Below, in pieces: positions 42,811 through 50,500 of a stretch of 60,593 nucleotides of DNA. Under the pieces are notes generated by a model. It was not told the DNA's origin, searched no databases, and was given only the letters and a program-made list of their open reading frames with translations. The translations under genes were made by a program, and so were the position numbers. The stretch comes from Candidatus Giovannonibacteria bacterium (GTDB lineage: Bacteria; Patescibacteriota; Minisyncoccia; JACPKW01; UBA11713): the NCBI GenBank assembly GCA_016186825.1, contig JACPKW010000004.1:196237-256829 (forward strand), in the 5' to 3' direction. The stretch's first letter is position 1; every line of letters starts with the position of its first letter.

Positions 42811-43161
42811 ATGAATATTTTGATTAATTGGATTATCTCTGCTCTCGTCGTGATCGCGTCCGCTTATATTTTGCCGGGCGTTACGGTGGATAATTTTTTT
42901 GTTGCCTTCATAACTGCGCTTGTCATCGGATTAATCAATACATTCATAAGGCCGGCGATTTTACTGCTCACGTTGCCGATCACAATTCTAACGCTCGGGC
43001 TTTTTAGTTTCGTAATCAATGCGCTGCTAATTTTGCTTGCATCGGCAATCGTTCCGGGTTTCGAGGTTGCCGGCTTTTGGTGGGCGCTTTTATTCAGTTT
43101 GGTGCTTGCGGTTGCGAATCACTTTGTCGGAACAGTTATGACGAGACGTTATTCGTATTAA
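42811..43161 (+). CDS. DUF360 / phage-holin-4-like membrane protein (YvlD family)
   Basis: WIISALVVIASAYILPGVTVDNFFVAFITALVIGLINTFIRPAILLLTLPITILTLGLF is the typical DUF360 pattern. Confidence 0.65.
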   Translation: MNILINWIISALVVIASAYILPGVTVDNFFVAFITALVIGLINTFIRPAILLLTLPITILTLGLFSFVINALLILLASAIVPGFEVAGFWWALLFSLVLAVANHFVGTVMTRRYSY

Positions 43162-43162
43162 G

Positions 43163-43642
43163 TTAAAGCCGAAATTCCGGTTTTCGGATGCGGTTTATCA
43201 GAAACGCGCTAGTTAAGAAAAGAAGCAAAGTTATAGTGGCCGAGATCATGCAGTAAACGCAGATTGCCCGAATTACAAAAAGCTGAAGATAAACAAGCCC
43301 GATTGAAGCAAGTAAGCCAAGAGTTGTTATATAAAAAATTGATATTAGCGTTCGGATTGATTTATTTTCGGATGTTAAGTATCCCACAGCCAAAATCAAA
43401 ATCGCGAGATAATAAATGACGCCGAAAAGAGCGGTCGGCAACGGGCCGACAGTCGCGTATTTGCTTTGAAGCACTGTATCGCACCCGCCGGTGAGACCGC
43501 AGGGAACATTGAAGTTTAAATAATATTCAAGCGACAAAAAAGTTGCATCGGCAAAGCCGAGGAAAGCGAGTATCGCGATTAACATAACCAGTCCTTTAGG
43601 AAGATTGAAGGGCGGATTCAATGATGGATTTGAATTCATCAT
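43163..43642 (-). CDS. vitamin K epoxide reductase (VKOR) family protein
   Basis: Four TM helices, loop cysteines CGLTGGC and active-site CVYC. The start is ambiguous (ATG at 43642, 43639 or 43585); the longest form overlaps the upstream DsbA-like gene by 47 nt. Confidence 0.7.
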   Translation of the reverse strand: MMNSNPSLNPPFNLPKGLVMLIAILAFLGFADATFLSLEYYLNFNVPCGLTGGCDTVLQSKYATVGPLPTALFGVIYYLAILILAVGYLTSENKSIRTLISIFYITTLGLLASIGLVYLQLFVIRAICVYCMISATITLLLFLTSAFLINRIRKPEFRL

Positions 43643-44276
43643 AGCTTCTCGGGTTTGGAATTTGTTTTTGGTTTACAAAAAATGTTGGCGTGTGATCGAC
43701 TTGGGCCGCTGTTGCGCTTTTTATATCTTGGGCAATTTTGTTTTTAACCTGATCCGATTTCATGTCCTGATGGAATCTATCGAGATCAAGTCCGAGTTGA
43801 GAAGCGAATTTATCAAAATACTGTTTTGTCGCTTCGCTTTCAGAAAGCAGAGACCAATCTTTTTGGTTGTCGTAAAGGAACGCCATCATTTCCATATATT
43901 TACCCTGTATTCCGGCCGCTTCGGCAGCTTGGGCGGAAACCTCGGCATTTTTATGGACCTGATAAAGCGGGAAATTTCTGAAGGCAAAAACTACGCGGTC
44001 GCCGTATTCTTGAACAAGCTGTTTGACCATCGGATAATATGCCGCGCACGCGGGACATTGGAAATCGGCGTATTCGATTACGGAAACTTTTGCTTCTTTT
44101 TTGCCCGAGATCCAATCGGTGGACATTATTGCTGACGCTGTTGTTTCTTTAAAATTCTGGCCAGATCCTCCGGTTTTAAAAACCAGATAAATAAATCCGA
44201 CTGTAAAAACTAAAATAACACCGAGCGCCACCCAGGTTGAAGTGTTTCCAGACCTTAAAAATTGGCTGTTTTTCAT
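43596..44276 (-). CDS. DsbA-like thioredoxin-fold oxidoreductase, membrane-anchored
   Basis: N-terminal TM, a CPAC active site in VIEYADFQCPACAAYYP, and a DsbA-type helical insert. Confidence 0.75.
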   Translation of the reverse strand: MKNSQFLRSGNTSTWVALGVILVFTVGFIYLVFKTGGSGQNFKETTASAIMSTDWISGKKEAKVSVIEYADFQCPACAAYYPMVKQLVQEYGDRVVFAFRNFPLYQVHKNAEVSAQAAEAAGIQGKYMEMMAFLYDNQKDWSLLSESEATKQYFDKFASQLGLDLDRFHQDMKSDQVKNKIAQDIKSATAAQVDHTPTFFVNQKQIPNPRSYDEFKSIIESALQSS

Positions 44277-44337
44277 GGATTAACTATTATTATACACATT
44301 CTTTCAAAAAAATCCAGTCCGAGATATCCTTAAATTA

Positions 44338-45009
44338 GTGACAAAATACACTCACTGGTTTTTTCAAAATTTTGTTTTGCGCCCTGTTTCATGGTCGCTT
44401 ATTCATCTTTTTTATACGTTTGAAATTCGCGGCGTCGAAAATCTTGTTAAAACTTCAAAGCCGCTCGTAATTGTTGCGAATCACAAAAAATTTTTCGACG
44501 GATTTTTGGTCGGACTTTCTTTCCCTTTTTGCTCCCGGTTTTTTCCTTTCAGATTTATGACGGAGTCTCTGCAGTTCAACGGAACATTCAGCGAATTTAT
44601 GAGAAAAATCGGATTGATGCAAATTGCATATCGAATGTGCGGCGGGTTTCCGTCGAGAAGGGGACTGGGCGCCCAAAAAGCTACCCTCCGCCCGCTAAAG
44701 TATTTACAGAGTGGCCAGGCGATTGTGATGTTTCCGGAGGGACAACTGGTGCGAGAGGATGAGCTTGGATTTTTTTATCCTGGAGCGGCTGTGTTGGCCA
44801 TGAAAGCCGGAGCTAATATTTTGCCAATACATATTTTCGCAAAAAAACGGAAAATTTTGGTGCGTATAGGCGAGCCTTTCTTTTTGCTGGCGTCTGATCC
44901 CGAGGAGAACACTGCCTTGATAAGGGCGAAAATTGAAGAACTGATGCCAAAAATTTTTGCTGTAGCTCCGGATGAAATTCCTGCCCGCAGAGAGCTCGAA
45001 AAGATCTAA
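44338..45009 (+). CDS. plsC: 1-acyl-sn-glycerol-3-phosphate acyltransferase-like (PlsC family)
   Basis: Acyltransferase motif I ANHKKFFDG (HX4D) and motif III FPEG. GTG start. Confidence 0.7.
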   Translation: MTKYTHWFFQNFVLRPVSWSLIHLFYTFEIRGVENLVKTSKPLVIVANHKKFFDGFLVGLSFPFCSRFFPFRFMTESLQFNGTFSEFMRKIGLMQIAYRMCGGFPSRRGLGAQKATLRPLKYLQSGQAIVMFPEGQLVREDELGFFYPGAAVLAMKAGANILPIHIFAKKRKILVRIGEPFFLLASDPEENTALIRAKIEELMPKIFAVAPDEIPARRELEKI

Positions 45010-45080
45010 TCCACAGGAGTTTTCGTCGGCATGTTGACTAATTGTATGTGGTTGTTATTATCTATTTTGTGAGTAGCATA

Positions 45081-45207
45081 GGACTAAAACTTAACTTGTG
45101 GCTTATTATGCTCCTTGGAATTTGGAGCCCTGTTTTAGTCTACGAAAAAAAGTAAAATTTCAAAATCTAAAGACTAAAATCGGGCTCTCCGAGAGCCCGA
45201 TTTTAGT
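45081..45207 (+). promoter_or_regulatory. putative attenuator-like leader with mutually exclusive helices and a terminator-like hairpin
   Basis: Segment 0 GACTAAAAC (45082-90) pairs with segment A GTTTTAGTC (45132-40). Segment A' GGAGCCCTGTTTTAGTCT (45124-41) pairs with segment B AGACTAAAATCGGGCTCTCC (45171-90). Segment B also pairs with segment C as a perfect 15-bp hairpin (45173-45207) with GC core CGGGCTC/GAGCCCG and tail ATTTTAGTTT. Upstream lie a candidate promoter TTGACT-N16-TATTAT (45034-45061) and a 13-codon Leu-rich mini-ORF (45031-45072). Confidence 0.35.
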
Positions 45208-45312
45208 TTAACGGTTAATTTACGCTTTGAAGATTGCTTGCGAGGGGAAGCAATTTTCAGACCGCAAATCTAACATGCGGTCCTGTTCTTTAAATGAGGA
45301 GGAAAAAGCAAT

Positions 45313-45519
45313 ATGAAACTCGAACAGGTAATTTTTGCGGAAAAGCCTTCTTGCATATCGTGCAAACAAAGAATGATTTATGCGGAGGGTAAAAAGGGTA
45401 ATGCAGGATGGGGAAATGGTTCGAGTAACAAAGGTTGGGTTTGTCCGAATGGATGCTACTCAACGATTCCCCTGGTGCAAAGCGGCTGGTTATCTGACAA
45501 AGGAGGTGAACATGATTAG
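45313..45519 (+). CDS. small zinc-ribbon protein (68 aa)
   Basis: Strong RBS GAGGAGG. CISC...(24 aa)...CPNGC four-Cys arrangement. Confidence 0.5.
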   Translation: MKLEQVIFAEKPSCISCKQRMIYAEGKKGNAGWGNGSSNKGWVCPNGCYSTIPLVQSGWLSDKGGEHD

Positions 45520-45748
45520 ATTCAATGGGCGTGTCGTTGAAGGTGATCCTTACGATTTTCTGGCGAAAATTGCCGATTTCAATGGGGAGATTTTGTTTGG
45601 TGTTACCTTCCCCGACCCAAACGAAGAGGGGAAGAAAAGAGTCGCTGTAGCAGGTGTTATTGGAGCTAGTCTGCTGAAAGAAGCGGCGAAAAAACTGGAA
45701 ATGGAAAATCCCGGGGTGAAGTTTACTATCGAAGAAATCAGGGCGTAG
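45512..45748 (+). CDS. small hypothetical protein (78 aa)
   Basis: RBS AAAGGAGGTG 5 nt upstream of the ATG at 45512. The ATG overlaps the stop of the preceding ORF (ATGATTAG). A strong terminator follows. The track's longer ORF from 45380 is in the same frame but lacks an RBS. Confidence 0.5.
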   Translation: MIRFNGRVVEGDPYDFLAKIADFNGEILFGVTFPDPNEEGKKRVAVAGVIGASLLKEAAKKLEMENPGVKFTIEEIRA

Positions 45749-45762
45749 CTTCGCGCATTTAA

Positions 45763-45808
45763 CAGGGAAACCGCGGACGAAAGTCTGCCGCGGTTTCCCT
45801 GTTTTATT
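45763..45808 (+). terminator. rho-independent terminator
   Basis: CAGGGAAACCGCGG-ACGAAAGTCTG-CCGCGGTTTCCCTG (14-bp perfect stem) followed by TTTTATT. Confidence 0.85.
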
Positions 45809-45880
45809 AATTGTTCTGACATTACTACTATGGTAAGTTGGTCTTTGAGCAATCTTTAACATTTTAGGAGGGAAATCTTT

Positions 45881-47032
45881 ATGAAAAATTGGCTTGATGA
45901 ACTTGAGTCCTTTTTGAAAAACCATAGCTGGAAACGTTTTATCTGCGCAGAATGTAGTAGAATTTTTTTTAGCAAGATAAATTCGCTTTGCTGCACATGG
46001 CGAAACTGTAATCAGCAATCTGAAAAACTTTGCTTCTTCTCCAAGCGAAATAGACCTGTTCCGATACATAACACTTCACTGTCAATACAGGGTTCGCTTC
46101 AATCTTTGGGTTATTTTAAATGGGAACCAATGCCTGTTGCGAGCTCGAGTGGCAATACCGACCTAGTGACGGCTGGCATTCAATTGTTTAACTCTTGCAT
46201 TTACGAAAATGCTGAAACACCAACAAAAAAAATGTTTATTTTCCAGCCCGTAGTGAGGACACAATATCAACCTTTTGTTGGGGAAATGGATGGCATTTCG
46301 ACAGCCTTTGTAAATGTTTGCACGGAATACGGAGATGCAAAGCTCGAGGATCACTTTTGTTCGCTGGATGCTTGGATTTCGGTACTCTCAAAGGCAGGTC
46401 TGTATGCGAACGAGCTAAATCTTGTTAGTCGAGAGAAGATTTTTGACTGGGGAAGTGGAGAGTTCACAACAAGAAGCATTTTCTTCGTTTACAGAGGAAT
46501 TGAAATTGGTGATGGAACCTTTGCCCTTATCCCATGTAAGGACAAGAGGCTACTGGCAATAAGTGATATTGGTTTTGGGCTTGAAAGGATCTCGTGGGCA
46601 CTAAACGAGAATTCGCATTACTACGATTTCTTACGTCCCGTAGACATAAAAGGTACACGCGAAATGTTTGACGTATTACGAACATTGGCTTTATTAGCTT
46701 TATCTGGCATTAAGCCCGGCCACAAAGGCGCTGGTTTTCAATTCAGAAGTTTTGCTAATATAATCGCAAATAAATATATCCTAAACTCCTGGGAAACGGC
46801 GTTCTCTTTCTATCTTCCGTATTGGAAAAACTTCGTCCAGAATGCTGTTTCTGATTACGAAGCCGTTCGGACGATCAAATGCGAAGTTGGCAGACTTTTG
46901 GGAATTAAGATGAGTAAAGAATTAAAAATCCCGCCAATTCGAGCGGATGAAACATTAGAGGAATATTTTGTGCGAATGGTTTATAATCAAGGCATTCATC
47001 AGGACATCATTCGCAAGTTTATCGGCACATGA
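45881..47032 (+). CDS. stand-alone paralog of the AlaRS (class IIc) catalytic core with N-terminal Cys-rich ribbon
   Basis: By-eye alignment to alaS in this window: [113 protein letters not shown]. No editing-domain motifs. N-terminal CAEC...CCTWRNC. RBS AGGAGGG. Confidence 0.7.
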   Translation: [383 protein letters not shown]

Positions 47033-47724
47033 ATCATCAAAAGTCATTCAACTTATATTTGTCGGGAGGGGGGGATGAAAAACAATCCTTCTCTCTCGAT
47101 AAATTTTTTTTTGAAGATATTGATAATAAAGCGAGATTACTTTATATTCCAGTAGCTTTGCGGGGACATAAATTATATTCCGAAGCGGGTGTATGGATGA
47201 AATCAGTTTTAGATTTACACAATAGAATGGATATTGAATTTGAACTTTGGGACGATCTTTCTGATAAAAATTATTCAGATTTAGAAGAATTCAATGCGAT
47301 ATATATAGGCGGTGGAAATACTTGGAATTTAATAAAAGAAATCCGAGAAAAAAATTTTGGTTTAATCTTAAAGAAATATCTTGAGTCGGGTGGATTAATT
47401 TACGGGGGAAGTGCTGGAGCAGTCATTTTAGGAAATCGCATTGACGCTCAAGATGACAAAAATGAACCTGCATTGCTAGATAACATCGGTTTAAATATCT
47501 TGGGAAAGTATTCCGTGGCCACTCATTATAAAGCAGAGTTTAAAGAAAAATATCTTGCCTGGGTTTCTAAGGAAAATCAGCCCTTGCTTTGTCTTCCTGA
47601 AGAAACAGGTTTCGCTTATGATGGTCATGTTTTTTTTTGTATAGGAACTAAACCTGCTTTAGCGATTGAAGCCTCGCATTTGATGAATGAAATATTTCCA
47701 GGGATTTCATACATAAAAAAGTAG
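47029..47724 (+). CDS. peptidase S51 family protein (dipeptidase E / cyanophycinase-like)
   Basis: IYIGGGNTWNLIKEIRE...GGLIYGGSAGAVILG matches the S51 GGGNT...G.SAGA nucleophile region. ATGA start/stop overlap with the AlaRS-like gene. Confidence 0.7.
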   Translation: MNHQKSFNLYLSGGGDEKQSFSLDKFFFEDIDNKARLLYIPVALRGHKLYSEAGVWMKSVLDLHNRMDIEFELWDDLSDKNYSDLEEFNAIYIGGGNTWNLIKEIREKNFGLILKKYLESGGLIYGGSAGAVILGNRIDAQDDKNEPALLDNIGLNILGKYSVATHYKAEFKEKYLAWVSKENQPLLCLPEETGFAYDGHVFFCIGTKPALAIEASHLMNEIFPGISYIKK

Positions 47725-47749
47725 CTCGCGCATTTCCTACGCGAGCTAC
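47713..47749 (-). terminator. rho-independent terminator for the minus-strand MAT-like gene
   Basis: GTAGCTCGCG-N9-CGCGAGCTAC (10-bp stem). On the minus strand it is followed by TTTTTTATG. It overlaps the stop codon of the convergent S51 gene. Confidence 0.7.
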
Positions 47750-47764
47750 GCATACGTAAACGAC

Positions 47765-49027
47765 CTAATAAAGTATAAGATCGCCACGCACAATTTTCAG
47801 GGTAATTGAGGGAATGTCAGCAAGCGTTTTTTCAACGATTGCTTTGATGAGTTGCTGTGTACCAGGGCTAATATCTTTACCGCAAACTTCAACGACCACT
47901 GACCAGGGATCGTTCAGACTTCGACCCATTTGGGAGGTCATGAAAACATAGTTTTCAAGGCCGGTTAAAGTGTGTACTTCCTTGGATATGATTGATCCAA
48001 GGGCGGTATATAGCTTTCCGACGTGGTAGACGGGATTTTTACCGCAACATGCTTCGAGAGTCATGTGGCGTGTGAATGGGATCACGCCATTATAACGATT
48101 GCCGCGTCCAACCACGCCTTCATCGCCACTTTCTATAGCGCTTCCAGTCAAAGTTAAGTAGTAGTCGGATTTATTCACATCGTCTCTTGTGTTTAAAAAT
48201 ATATTAACTTGATATTTACTATCAAGTTTCTTTTGAACAAATCCGATTAGAAACTGGTTAAGCTCAAGAAGTTTCTCAAAATAGAATTCCTTCGACGGTG
48301 TTTTGCTAGCAATAAATGGAACAGCAAGAGTCAACTGTATATGATCATGGTTCCTTCTGCCCATAACCTTGATATCTGTTCCAACCCAAGGATTAAGACT
48401 TTTGAACTCTTTACCGCTAAGCGTTTGTTCAATTAATATAACCAATTGCTCAAGAACACTTAACGGATGGTAGGTAACGATGGTGGAGGTATCATTTGAC
48501 CGAAAACTGTTGTTGTGAAAATAAGCAAAGTCTTTGTTTGGGACATCGAAAAAGAACTTTCGCTCATTGTTCGTTTCCCAATTTTTGTCATAAACTATGC
48601 CCGGACCTGGTGAAAAATGAGTGTTGTCAACTATCATGAGCCATTTGTCTTGATTCAGTAGTGGAATGATCTCCCCAAAATGTGATCGAATCGAATCGGT
48701 TGCTATCTGAAGGTATGGAATCGTCTCATTCTCGAAACTTTTTGTAAATCTGCAATTCAAGTACATGCGAACTGGGCTGATCATTTCACCTCCACCAAAT
48801 CGGACTCGTGAAGCTCCTCCTGACAGCGCAATTTTGTCTACCATGTGCCGGAGAATTGTGGAGTATCGTTCAAGACAGAATTTTGAGTAATTAGCTGATA
48901 TTTTTTCAGCAATAACATCACAAAGGGTATCTGGGTGTCCAACTCCTTTTCGTTCGACAATGTCGAACTCTTTTTTGTCAGTGGGTATTAGTCCCGAAGC
49001 AACAATTTTAAGATTTTTTTTGTCCAT
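47765..49027 (-). CDS. archaeal-type S-adenosylmethionine synthetase (PF01941-like) homolog, divergent
   Basis: VERKGVGHPDTLCDVIAEKIS, NDTS, GTDIKVMG, YLTLTGSAIESGDEGVVGRGNRYNGVI and GKNPVYHVGKLY track the archaeal MAT pattern. The HHNTDQ segment is replaced by RHMVDK, and there is a ~40-aa insertion. Confidence 0.7.
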   Translation of the reverse strand: MDKKNLKIVASGLIPTDKKEFDIVERKGVGHPDTLCDVIAEKISANYSKFCLERYSTILRHMVDKIALSGGASRVRFGGGEMISPVRMYLNCRFTKSFENETIPYLQIATDSIRSHFGEIIPLLNQDKWLMIVDNTHFSPGPGIVYDKNWETNNERKFFFDVPNKDFAYFHNNSFRSNDTSTIVTYHPLSVLEQLVILIEQTLSGKEFKSLNPWVGTDIKVMGRRNHDHIQLTLAVPFIASKTPSKEFYFEKLLELNQFLIGFVQKKLDSKYQVNIFLNTRDDVNKSDYYLTLTGSAIESGDEGVVGRGNRYNGVIPFTRHMTLEACCGKNPVYHVGKLYTALGSIISKEVHTLTGLENYVFMTSQMGRSLNDPWSVVVEVCGKDISPGTQQLIKAIVEKTLADIPSITLKIVRGDLILY

Positions 49028-49543
49028 AATTCCCCCCTTCCATTTTTTAAATAACTAATTGGAGTCAGACATAAATTTTATAAATTGTCAAAATAAATGG
49101 GTAATGAGCGACATTCAAATATGGTTTCATGATTTCAGTATTACTAAAAACAACTAGATTTAACAGCATAATAAGGATTACGCAAATTTTTCAGCGGGAG
49201 GAGTTGGTTTCTGCGAAATAATTAGACAGGCGCATACATATTAAATTCCTAAATTTTTCTGAATATTTTGGTCGATTTTATAGTGATCACCTGAAGGTTT
49301 TTTGTGATTTTGTTAAATGAGACGGAATTCAGGGAAATTTTACAAAAAAAAGAAAAATTATTTTATCCCGCTCTAAAACAGAAACTTTCGATCATTCAGT
49401 TTCTGTGGGAAGACTCTGACAATGTGATTTCTAAAAAGTTTATTCTAGACAGCATAAATAGAATCAATAGTGTTTCATAGTTTTAAGCACATCGTTTGGG
49501 ATTACTCTAGACTTCTAGACTAATTATATGTTATAAATATACT

Positions 49544-50500
49544 ATGATAAATAGTAAAGTTAAAATTTTGGTTACTGGTGGTTGCGGTTTTATAGGGTCT
49601 CATATTGTTGATGCCCTCATTTTAAAAGGCTTTGAAGTAGTCGTTTTAGATAACTTTTCGACTGGTTCTAGAAAAAATTTAAACTCGAGAGCTAAATTTT
49701 ATAACGTTGATATAATAAATTACTCTAAGATTAATAGATTGTTTGAGGGTGTAAATTATGTTTTCCACACGGCAGCTTTGGCTCGGATACAACCCTCTAT
49801 TAAAAACCCTGCCGATACTTTTAATTCAAATGCAGTTGGAACTTTTAACGTTTTACTTGCAGCAAAAGAGGCAGGTGTCGCGAGAGTTATTTATTGCGCT
49901 TCTTCTTCTGTGTATGGAGATCAAAATAAATTGCCTTTAGATGAAGAAATGGTTCCCAGGCCAAAAAGTATGTACGCATTATCTAAACTTATGGGGGAGG
50001 ATATGTGTAAAGTTTTTTCTAGTCTTTATGGTTTACAAACGGTCTCTTTAAGATACTTTAATGTTTACGGCCCTAGACATCTTGAATCCGGCGCATATTC
50101 AACAGTTGTCGGTATATTTTTGAAACAACAGAGGGATGGTCTGCCACTAACAATAACTGGTGACGGCAGTATTAAGAGAGATTTTACTTATATTTCAGAT
50201 GTTGTTGAGGCTAATTTATTGGCAATGACATCAAAAAAAGTTGGTAAGGGAGAAATAATTAATATCGGTTTTGGGGAGAATTTTAGCATTAATCAGGTGG
50301 CAGATATTATTCTCGGATACCCTTTCTTAAAACATAAAAATGCCTTGAGGCAAAAAAAAATAATCTATCTTCCTCCTAGGCCGGCGGAAAGTAAAGCCAC
50401 ATTGGCTAAAATTACAAAAGCTAAGAATTTGTTAGGTTGGGTGCCCAAGGTTTCTTTTGTGCAAGGAGTTGGATTGACAAAAAAAGAACAGATAAAATGA
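49544..50500 (+). CDS. NAD-dependent nucleotide-sugar epimerase/dehydratase (extended SDR)
   Basis: Rossmann motif VTGGCGFIGSH, catalytic SSS...YALSK (YxxxK), ~318 aa. Confidence 0.8.
   Translation: MINSKVKILVTGGCGFIGSHIVDALILKGFEVVVLDNFSTGSRKNLNSRAKFYNVDIINYSKINRLFEGVNYVFHTAALARIQPSIKNPADTFNSNAVGTFNVLLAAKEAGVARVIYCASSSVYGDQNKLPLDEEMVPRPKSMYALSKLMGEDMCKVFSSLYGLQTVSLRYFNVYGPRHLESGAYSTVVGIFLKQQRDGLPLTITGDGSIKRDFTYISDVVEANLLAMTSKKVGKGEIINIGFGENFSINQVADIILGYPFLKHKNALRQKKIIYLPPRPAESKATLAKITKAKNLLGWVPKVSFVQGVGLTKKEQIK

Noticed and set aside
45081-45207. GTTTTAGTC / GACTAAAAC motifs as a possible CRISPR repeat or tracrRNA
   Set aside because: The copies are inverted rather than direct, are irregularly spaced, number only three or four, and no cas genes are present. 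They are better explained as alternative RNA helices.
45010-45312. T-box riboswitch upstream of an aaRS-like gene
   Set aside because: I found no match to the conserved T-box sequence (AANNNGGGTGGNACCGCG-type), no obvious Stem I specifier loop and no GNUGGNA-type antiterminator bulge.
45290-46069. 259-aa minus-strand ORF spanning the small-ORF / AlaRS-paralog region
   Set aside because: It overlaps three plus-strand genes that have strong RBSs, a terminator and recognisable motifs. Its own product is low-complexity with no start context, so it is a likely antisense artefact.
49304-49480. 58-codon GTG-initiated ORF (MILLNETEFREILQKKEKLFYPALKQ...) in the 516-nt divergent intergenic region
   Set aside because: There is no RBS, it sits in an AT-rich region where open frames arise easily, and it has no motif. 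It is kept only as a possibility.
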